The notes beneath the pieces are model-generated. The model made no database searches, was not told the DNA's origin, and saw nothing but the letters and a program-made list of their open reading frames with translations. Shown here piece after piece: positions 43,257 to 49,737 of a stretch of DNA of 52,247 nt. The stretch lies in the IMG/VR virus record IMGVR_UViG_3300033463_000196, positions 1 to 52,247 of that record, one strand, 5' to 3'. The position numbers and the translations under genes were made by a program. The number at the start of each line of letters is the position of its first letter. Position 1 is the stretch's first letter. Origin of the DNA: a virus.

Positions 43257-43481
43257 GCAAATTTTCAGCAAATCAAATTCACGAATATATAACTAAATGA
43301 AAATCAATAGAGTATGAACACAACAAAATTATTAGAAGGAAATAGCGGCCTAACCGCTCAAACCCCGCGTATTCAAGCGGTTTGCGCTATTCCTGACGTT
43401 TCCCAAACCCTCAAAAAGCGGGCAAAATAGGGCGCGAAATGGCGTTATATGGTACATAATTCAGCAAATTTTCAGCAAATC
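43257..43481 (+). repeat. 18-bp perfect direct repeats flanking the int-upstream intergenic region (candidate arm sites/attP region)
   Basis: gcaaattttcagcaaatc at 43257-43274 and 43464-43481. ttcagcaaat occurs three times. Internal inverted repeat aaccgct...agcggtt. Confidence 0.4.
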
Positions 43482-43483
43482 TT

Positions 43484-44695
43484 ATGGCAAAATCTACCTT
43501 ACGACTTGATACCCGCCGCCCTTTGAAAGATGGTACTTACCCGGTGCAAATCGTTGTCGGCTACGGTACAAACATCTATCTAAGCACCGGGATATACATA
43601 GCCCCTGACGAATGGGATAGCGTTACGAAACGCTGCACCGGCAAAGGCGCAAAGAAACTTAACGACGTGCTTACTACCCTGCTAACGTCTGTTGGTAGCC
43701 GTATTTTTGACTTGATGGAAAACGGGCAATGGCGTAAACTCACGCGCCCGCAAATTAAGGAAATGCTTACCAACTTGGACTTAGACAAACCTACTATCGG
43801 CGTACCGTCTATCTACGACCTTATACAGAAAACTTTAGAGGGCCGGGCAAGCGGTACAAAGTACATAGCCAAAACCGCTATTATCAGGCTTAACAAATTC
43901 TGTGGGGATTCCACAAAACTATATTGCGAACAAATAACCCCGGTGTGGATAGACGATTATTATACGTCGCTCTCTGACTTGGCCGTTAATACCCGTGCCG
44001 CCTATATCAAAGTCCTACGCCGGGCGTTTAACTATGCCCTCGACCATGATATTACGACTAATAACCCATTCAGGCACTACAAAGTCAAAACAGAAGAAAC
44101 GCGGATGCGCGTATTACCTGTAGAGAAAATGCGCCAACTCGTAAACCTCGAAACGCGCTACCATTATACAGAATACCGCGATTTGTTCATGCTTTCTTTC
44201 TATCTTATCGGTATCAACTTGGCCGATTTGTCGAAACTCACCCCGGAAAGCATCGTAAACGGGCGTATAGAATACCGGCGGGCAAAGACGGGCAAACTCT
44301 ATAGCATTAAGATAGAGCCGGAGGCGCAAGCCATTTTGGATAAGTACAAAGGCGAAAAATATCTGCTAAGTATGTTTGACCGCTGCACCAACGCCAAAGC
44401 CTATCAGGGTACGTTAGACAATGCGCTGGCGCGTATAGGGCCACCGATAGACGAAAAGCATAAGAACGGCCAACCGAAACTAAAACCGATAGACAAGAAA
44501 CTAAGTTGGTATTGGGCGCGTTATTCGTGGGCCACCTATGCCGCTGAATTGGATATACCAAAGGACACTATCAGCGAAGCGTTAGGCCACTCTCACGGCG
44601 CAAGGGTAACGGGTATCTACATTAAGTACAACCGGGATAAGGTAGACGCGGCAAACCGCAAAGTCATAGACTACGTGTTAGGAAATGGCAAATAA
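43484..44695 (+). CDS. int: Tyrosine recombinase/integrase
   Basis: 403 aa. N-terminal arm-binding-like domain, RRAKTGK (catalytic Arg region), ALGHSHGARVTGIYIKY (HxxR...Y). Confidence 0.85.
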   Translation: MAKSTLRLDTRRPLKDGTYPVQIVVGYGTNIYLSTGIYIAPDEWDSVTKRCTGKGAKKLNDVLTTLLTSVGSRIFDLMENGQWRKLTRPQIKEMLTNLDLDKPTIGVPSIYDLIQKTLEGRASGTKYIAKTAIIRLNKFCGDSTKLYCEQITPVWIDDYYTSLSDLAVNTRAAYIKVLRRAFNYALDHDITTNNPFRHYKVKTEETRMRVLPVEKMRQLVNLETRYHYTEYRDLFMLSFYLIGINLADLSKLTPESIVNGRIEYRRAKTGKLYSIKIEPEAQAILDKYKGEKYLLSMFDRCTNAKAYQGTLDNALARIGPPIDEKHKNGQPKLKPIDKKLSWYWARYSWATYAAELDIPKDTISEALGHSHGARVTGIYIKYNRDKVDAANRKVIDYVLGNGK

Positions 44696-44825
44696 CTTAC
44701 CATGTCCTGATAACGTGTTAAGAAATCGCGTTTTTCTTGTTATATTTGGCCGTCGGCGGCAAAAAGTGGCGTTTGTCGCCGATTTAGGCGTTACTAAGTG
44801 TTAAAATTTCGCCGAAAATCGTTTT

Positions 44826-44856
44826 TAAGCGCGTTTCTCGCGTCGGGTGTATAGTT
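44826..44856. repeat. 31-bp perfect direct repeat, copy 2
   Basis: Identical to 34544-34574. Lies 130 nt past the int stop, between the convergent int and lysis genes. Confidence 0.9.
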
Positions 44857-44977
44857 ATAACCCCAACGGCCTTTAACGCGCTCTACGGCCATTTCTACCG
44901 TCTTAGGTTTGAAAAATGCCTGCTCTATCCTCTCGGACTGCGCGGGCAAAGCACTATATTACAGAAAACACTAATCA

Positions 44978-45562
44978 TTAAAACTTTCTTTTCAGGTACA
45001 GGAACAAAAGCCAAAGCAAAGCCGCAATGCAGCATAGCCCGCCAATCTTTGCTAAGATAGTCTGATACCAAACGGGCTTTTCTGCCTTTGTCTCTTTTTC
45101 TGTGTGGCTCGCGTGGCTCTCGTTATTGGTTATGCCGTTTTGCGTATCGGTGTGCATTTGCGTTACTTCGTTGGTCTGACTGATTCCGTTTTGTTGGTTG
45201 GTGTTCGTTGTCAGGTTTCCCGTAATGCTCTGCACCCCGGTTAGCGTAATGTTACCTGCGCTGTCAATGCTTACCGTGCCGCCACCGTCCACAAAGTTTA
45301 TTGTCGTGTTCTGCTCTGTGGTCGTAGTGGTCTGCGTCGTATCGGTAAACGTCTGCGTGGCTGTCAGGCTGTCCGTTTCCACTTGGGTAGTATCTACAAT
45401 AGATACCGTGCTGTTTTCGTCTGTAACGGCCTTGTGTGTCCTGCACCCGCCTAATACCAGGCACAACAGGGCAAAGGCCATCAGGAACAAATACGTACTG
45501 CAACCGTTACTATTGTTTTGCCTGAATTGGTGATACCAATACCTGTTATACTCGTTTCTCAT
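44978..45562 (-). CDS. Unimolecular spanin candidate (lipoprotein signal plus C-terminal TM)
   Basis: Lipobox LVLGGC after a hydrophobic N-terminus, T/Q/N-rich middle, C-terminal TM ILAKIGGLCCIAALLWLLFLYL. The start overlaps the endolysin stop. Confidence 0.5.
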   Translation of the reverse strand: MRNEYNRYWYHQFRQNNSNGCSTYLFLMAFALLCLVLGGCRTHKAVTDENSTVSIVDTTQVETDSLTATQTFTDTTQTTTTTEQNTTINFVDGGGTVSIDSAGNITLTGVQSITGNLTTNTNQQNGISQTNEVTQMHTDTQNGITNNESHASHTEKETKAEKPVWYQTILAKIGGLCCIAALLWLLFLYLKRKF

Positions 45563-46137
45563 ACGCCCGAAAATTTGATGTCGTTAAGACGGTTAAGCCA
45601 CCCGGTACGATACTTATAGTTCTTTGGCCGGGCTTTGCAAATGCGCTCAATATAGGCTAAACGCTCTTTCTTCAACAGGTCGAAAAGTTGGCGGGGGTCG
45701 CGGGCGTTAATGGCCGCTAACGTCTTGGGGCCTACTACGCCGTCGGCTGTTACGCCTATAGCCTTTTGCGGTACGGTTATCCCGTAACTACCGCTCGCCC
45801 AAACGAAATCGACAAGCATCAAGGCAATAGAGGCGTTAGTAATTTGGTCGGCTTTCCACCTATCCCAAAACATCGTTTTAAGGATTGCAAGCCAATCGGC
45901 GTACTTAATGGCCTTTAAGGCCGCTACGGATGGTTTCGGGTAGCCTTTCCTACGGCAATATTCCGTATAGGTTGCCAACGTAACGCCGCACATCGTGGCC
46001 CCTCCCAAATCGTCGGGGTCGTTTGCAAATCCGCGTTTCTTCGCTTTCTCAAAAAGCTGCTCGTTTGTCAGGGTTGCCCCTGTCGTGCCGGTTTCCCATT
46101 TCAGGATAAAAGGCACAATGCTTTCTACTTTAGCCAT
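45559..46137 (-). CDS. Endolysin (GH108-like lysozyme plus peptidoglycan-binding domain)
   Basis: ILKWETG...FANDPDDLGGATMCGVT matches the GH108 E...D.GG.T.GI signature. ATG at 46137 (MAKVESIV...). Confidence 0.7.
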   Translation of the reverse strand: MAKVESIVPFILKWETGTTGATLTNEQLFEKAKKRGFANDPDDLGGATMCGVTLATYTEYCRRKGYPKPSVAALKAIKYADWLAILKTMFWDRWKADQITNASIALMLVDFVWASGSYGITVPQKAIGVTADGVVGPKTLAAINARDPRQLFDLLKKERLAYIERICKARPKNYKYRTGWLNRLNDIKFSGV

Positions 46138-46154
46138 AATCTGCGTTTTAGGGG

Positions 46155-46517
46155 TTAATATCCGTTTTGTGGTTCTCTTTGTGCGCACTTAGGGCGCACA
46201 CATCGAAAACGCTGTAAGTCCAATTCTGTTTGGGCGTTCTTTTTCATCAACTCGAAATAGTCATCTTGCACTTTGCGCAAGCGGTCTGTTTGGTCGCAAA
46301 ACCGCTCTTCTTTCTCCTTTAGTTGGGTCTGTAAAAACTCTATGGTTTCTTTCAAAACTCCAAACTCTACGCTATCGGCCTCGGCCTCTGCTTTATCTGC
46401 TTCGGCTCTCTCCTTGCGTTTGTTGGTACGAATATTAAGCATATACTTAATAAGTTCCCAACCGCCAATAGTGCCGCTTATAGTGGCCGCTAATTCAAGT
46501 ATCGTTGTATAGTCCAT
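46155..46517 (-). CDS. Lysis-cassette protein, holin candidate (N-terminal hydrophobic segment plus coiled coil)
   Basis: 120 aa. TILELAATISGTIGGWELI followed by a charged coiled coil. Immediately upstream of the endolysin. Confidence 0.3.
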   Translation of the reverse strand: MDYTTILELAATISGTIGGWELIKYMLNIRTNKRKERAEADKAEAEADSVEFGVLKETIEFLQTQLKEKEERFCDQTDRLRKVQDDYFELMKKNAQTELDLQRFRCVRPKCAQREPQNGY

Positions 46518-46521
46518 TGTC

Positions 46522-46671
46522 TCATTTCTTATATAGTTCTATTACTATGTCGTTATCGCGTTGCTCAATCAAAACCACATACCGGGTTTCTAATAAGTGC
46601 AAAAGGCCCATGTCTATTACATCAACGCGCAATGTAACTGGGTCTTTGGGCTGTACTTCAATAATCGCCAT
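46522..46671 (-). CDS. Small hypothetical protein
   Basis: 49-aa ORF (MAIIEVQPKDPVTLRVDVIDMG...) that exactly fills the RT-holin gap. Its start overlaps the RT 3' end. Hand translated. Confidence 0.3.
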   Translation of the reverse strand: MAIIEVQPKDPVTLRVDVIDMGLLHLLETRYVVLIEQRDNDIVIELYKK

Positions 46672-47848
46672 CACGTATTCTTTTATATGTCTGTATTCTC
46701 TTCTTATATTTGTTCTTTAGTGCCACTATCTCATAGCGGCCTTTTATGTAGATATATTCGTATGCAGGTCGCTCTATCATGCCTAAGACTTTCTTACGCA
46801 TACCGTATTCGTTGTGGTGTCGTAACAAGCCCAAATAACTGTTTATAGAGCAAACAGCGTGCTCAACTTGCCGTAATGTCTTGGCGTTGTTTAACCGCCT
46901 GACGGCTGCAATAAAGTTGGTTATTGTGCGGTTGCAACAATACGACGTTTTGGGCTTTACGACGGCCCCGGTAAACTCTACGCCCTTGGTGTAGTGCTGA
47001 AAGTAGAATTTCTTAGGATTCAGGGTTAGGCCAAATTCGGCCAACTTATCCCGTATCAATGGCACGGCGTTAAGTAGTACGGCCTTATCTTGGTGTATGC
47101 AATAGAAATCATCTACGTAGCGGCCATGATACTTAATGCCTATTTCTTCCAAAAACCAATCAAATTCATTTAACAGGAAATTGGCGAATAGTTGCGCAAA
47201 CAGGTTGCCGATAGCAACGCCTTTGCCCTCGCCGTTAGTGAATAGCGATTTATTGGCGGGTAGGTAATCCCAATAATGCGCCGGGCTGTGTTTCTCGCAA
47301 TTCTTTTCGGGGCAATGTAAAACGACTATTCGGCAAAGGTAGCGCAAATCGTCTATGTCGCTGCCGGTATAGTATTGAGTAATAAAGCGGTCTATCAGGT
47401 CGGCTAACAGGGCTTTGTCGATGCTCATAAAAAAGCCCTGTAGGTCTAATTTCATAATCCAACAAGTCCGGGTATAGTTCTCGCTGCAATCCCTAATATC
47501 CTGCTTTAGAATATTGATACCGTAAAGCTGCCCTTTCTCCTTACGGCAATTAAAAGTACGCGGACTAAACACCAACTCAAAAAGCGGCTCTAACCGTAGG
47601 GCTATATAGTGGTGTACTATTCTATCTTCAAAGGAGGCGGCAAACACTTCACGATACCGGGGCCGCGTTACGACAAAGCAAATAGACTTTCCGGGCTGAT
47701 AGACGCGGTTGTTAATCCTATCGCGTAAGGCGATAAGTTTAGTTTCGTAGTCCATTTCGTAGACTATCGCGCTTGCCGTGTGGCGTTTGCGCCGTCGGCA
47801 ATCGTAATACGCTTTTAAAAGTCCATCAGTCGTTACCATATCTGACAA
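46658..47848 (-). CDS. DGR reverse transcriptase
   Basis: 396 aa. GRYVDDFYCIH (YxDD catalytic box), LDLQGFFMSID (motif 2-like), VAIGNLFAQLFANF (resembles the DGR-RT IGxxxSQ motif). TTG at 47848, or ATG at 47839. Confidence 0.9.
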   Translation of the reverse strand: MSDMVTTDGLLKAYYDCRRRKRHTASAIVYEMDYETKLIALRDRINNRVYQPGKSICFVVTRPRYREVFAASFEDRIVHHYIALRLEPLFELVFSPRTFNCRKEKGQLYGINILKQDIRDCSENYTRTCWIMKLDLQGFFMSIDKALLADLIDRFITQYYTGSDIDDLRYLCRIVVLHCPEKNCEKHSPAHYWDYLPANKSLFTNGEGKGVAIGNLFAQLFANFLLNEFDWFLEEIGIKYHGRYVDDFYCIHQDKAVLLNAVPLIRDKLAEFGLTLNPKKFYFQHYTKGVEFTGAVVKPKTSYCCNRTITNFIAAVRRLNNAKTLRQVEHAVCSINSYLGLLRHHNEYGMRKKVLGMIERPAYEYIYIKGRYEIVALKNKYKKRIQTYKRIRDGDY

Positions 47849-47882
47849 TGTTTATATACTACGTTTCTGCTTCCGTAAGAAG

Positions 47883-47989
47883 TGCTGAGACGGGCCGAAC
47901 GTGATTCGTGTTCGATGCCTTAGTGTTGTTGTTGGCGTTGCCGTTGTTGAGGTTCAGATTCCAGGCGTTCGTCGCGCTGTTCTCGGTTG
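47883..47989 (-). repeat. DGR template repeat (TR), non-coding
   Basis: 107 nt between avd and RT. In the VR frame it reads PTENSATNAWNLNLNNGNANNNTKASNTNHVRPVSA (12 AAY codons, 37 adenines). No ORF covers it. Confidence 0.9.
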
Positions 47990-48079
47990 GCTCGCAATCT
48001 GTGGCCTATTAACTTGCTCTTAACCGTAAATGACGGTATAAGCCCCATTTATTACGGAAACTTGCACTCTCGGTTAGTC

Positions 48080-48469
48080 TTAACTTTCCGATTCCGGCTT
48101 ACTCGCTTTTGTAAGTGAGTTTTTCCACGCTGTACTTTGCTTTCCTATTGCGTCCATCAGTTCAATGATATGTGCGTGCCGCCCTATTCCCTTAATCCAA
48201 CGTCTTTCGCCCGCTACCCTGATTAGGGTTTTAAGCGTCTCGAATTTGGCTTTGAAACTCATTAAGTTTTGTACCCTGCCCGTCTTATCCATGTAGGCCG
48301 CTGCATCTAATTCTATCAGGCTAACAGATAGTCTTTGCATTTCTGCGCCGATAGTAAACTTATAGTCACGCGGAAAGTTGGGCGTAACGTCTAATATCTC
48401 ATTGAGTAACGCCCTGCAATCTAAGTATAGTTGCGTAGTAGATACTAACTTAATCGGTTTGTCTGCCAT
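48080..48469 (-). CDS. avd: DGR accessory variability determinant (Avd)
   Basis: 129-aa basic, helix-rich ORF in the canonical position between the target gene and the TR. Confidence 0.7.
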   Translation of the reverse strand: MADKPIKLVSTTQLYLDCRALLNEILDVTPNFPRDYKFTIGAEMQRLSVSLIELDAAAYMDKTGRVQNLMSFKAKFETLKTLIRVAGERRWIKGIGRHAHIIELMDAIGKQSTAWKNSLTKASKPESES

Positions 48470-48490
48470 TTCTGAAAATTACGTTGTAAT

Positions 48491-48512
48491 GTTCCCGGCT
48501 TTCGCCGGGAAC
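48491..48512 (-). promoter_or_regulatory. GC stem with GAAA tetraloop 3' of VR1 (DGR target-site hairpin candidate)
   Basis: Coding strand GTTCCCGGC-GAAA-GCCGGGAAC, 32 nt beyond the VR1 3' boundary. Confidence 0.6.
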
Positions 48513-48532
48513 TAAAGGTTAAAGAGTAAGAA

Positions 48533-49297
48533 TTAAGCAATAAATGCTGAGACGGGCCGAACGTGATACGTGGTCGATGCCTTAGGGTTGCGGTTGGCGC
48601 TGCCGAGGAGGCCCAGAAGCCAGGCGTTCGTCGCGCTGAACTCGGTCGAAGTCCAATAACCGGCCTCTGCCAACTGCGTTGCGCCACTAATCAGCGAAAG
48701 CGCGTAGTTAATCTTTGTCATGTTGGCGTAAATCATCATCATTTCGCCCAAAGATGGTAGCCACCACTTACCGGCTGTCAGGCCCTTAGAGTTGGCGTTT
48801 ACGCGGCTGTAGTTCGCACAATATCCGGGGGCGTAGGCGTTGCTACTACATTCGGCGTGCGTAATCTGTGCCGTCGTGTTTGCTTTACCGGCCCAATCGT
48901 TCAAAGCCGTAACGCGGTCTGACGTGGTTACGCCGCCACCGCTAACGGCTGCGCTACTCCATGTCATAGACGATTCGGTAGGCGCAACGATAAGGATTTT
49001 GCCACCCTCTACGATGGCTACGCCGTCGGCCACTTCGCCGCCACTCTGTAGGCTTGGCCACTTGTGGGGTTTTACCATTACGGGGTAATCGTCTTGTTTA
49101 CGATGGTACATAATGAAAACGCCGTCCATCTGTACGTTTTGGTCTACACCGCCATTCATAGCCGCTTTCAGGTTTGCAAGCGAAATGGGGATTAACTTAC
49201 CGCTGCTATCCCGCATAAGGATTCGGTCGGTGCTGTTGACGGTCGTAACGTCTGTTACGCTGCTGTCATTCAATTTTTTTGTTTGCTTAACTGCCAT
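48533..49297 (-). CDS. DGR variable protein 1 (C-terminal DUF1566/C-type-lectin-like variable domain)
   Basis: 254 aa. WWLPSLGEMMMIY...GYWTSTEFSATNAWLLGLLGSANRNPKASTTYHVRPVSAFIA carries VR1. Confidence 0.85.
   Translation of the reverse strand: MAVKQTKKLNDSSVTDVTTVNSTDRILMRDSSGKLIPISLANLKAAMNGGVDQNVQMDGVFIMYHRKQDDYPVMVKPHKWPSLQSGGEVADGVAIVEGGKILIVAPTESSMTWSSAAVSGGGVTTSDRVTALNDWAGKANTTAQITHAECSSNAYAPGYCANYSRVNANSKGLTAGKWWLPSLGEMMMIYANMTKINYALSLISGATQLAEAGYWTSTEFSATNAWLLGLLGSANRNPKASTTYHVRPVSAFIA
48545..48648 (-). repeat. DGR variable repeat VR1
   Basis: 104 nt. 15 substitutions relative to the TR, all at TR plus-strand T, plus loss of one TTG (coding CAA/AAC register) unit. Confidence 0.9.
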
Positions 49298-49321
49298 AAT
49301 ACTTAAAATTTAATGGGGTTA

Positions 49322-49726
49322 TTAAATGTGTAAATACTTAATCCATGCGAAACGCCTACGGTTGGTAAGGTAGGTTAAATCCTTTTCGTTGGCGTAGGCT
49401 TCCCGCTCTGTCGAAATGTTACGGTATGCCTTTTTGGTGTTGCGGTACTGACAAAGCCGGTACAGGTATTCGATACCGTACCACCAAAAGAATAGAGGCA
49501 CAAAGAGCAACGCCCAAAGCCCGACAAAGACGTAGCCGATAGCGGCTAATACGATGCCAACTAAAAGCATTTCCTTTTGTTGTTCCGCGTGTATGTGTTC
49601 GTGGTTGTTTGCCACCGTGTTATAATGGCTTGCCGCGTTATTCCTGACGAATATAAACGGCCACAAACACATAGCGATAAATCCCTTAAACGGGATAGTG
49701 TCGTTAAAGATTACTTTTGTTTTCAT
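49322..49726 (-). CDS. Membrane protein with HExxH motif (putative zinc metallopeptidase-like)
   Basis: ATG at 49726 (MKTKVIFNDT...). NNHEHIHAEQQ followed by two hydrophobic helices (MLLVGIVLAAIGYVFVGLWALLFVPLFFWWY). Confidence 0.4.
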   Translation of the reverse strand: MKTKVIFNDTIPFKGFIAMCLWPFIFVRNNAASHYNTVANNHEHIHAEQQKEMLLVGIVLAAIGYVFVGLWALLFVPLFFWWYGIEYLYRLCQYRNTKKAYRNISTEREAYANEKDLTYLTNRRRFAWIKYLHI

Positions 49727-49737
49727 ACGCTGTTGGT

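Larger units (their letters stand above)
46658..49297 (-). mobile_element. Diversity-generating retroelement cassette (VP1 - Avd - TR - RT)
   Basis: See component features. TR/VR pairs with adenine-only substitutions, plus an RT and an Avd-sized gene in canonical order. Confidence 0.9.

Noticed and set aside
46658-47848. RT as a retron, group II intron or Abi-type defence RT
   Set aside because: An adjacent TR with two adenine-mutated VR copies and an Avd-sized gene explain it fully as a DGR RT. No intron-like RNA domains, msr/msd-type inverted repeats or effector gene were seen.
48445-48687. 80-aa minus-strand ORF and 65-aa plus-strand ORF over the VR1 region
   Set aside because: They overlap the avd start, the hairpin and the VP1 3' end in other frames. 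The Arg/Pro-rich translation is typical of out-of-frame GC-rich sequence.
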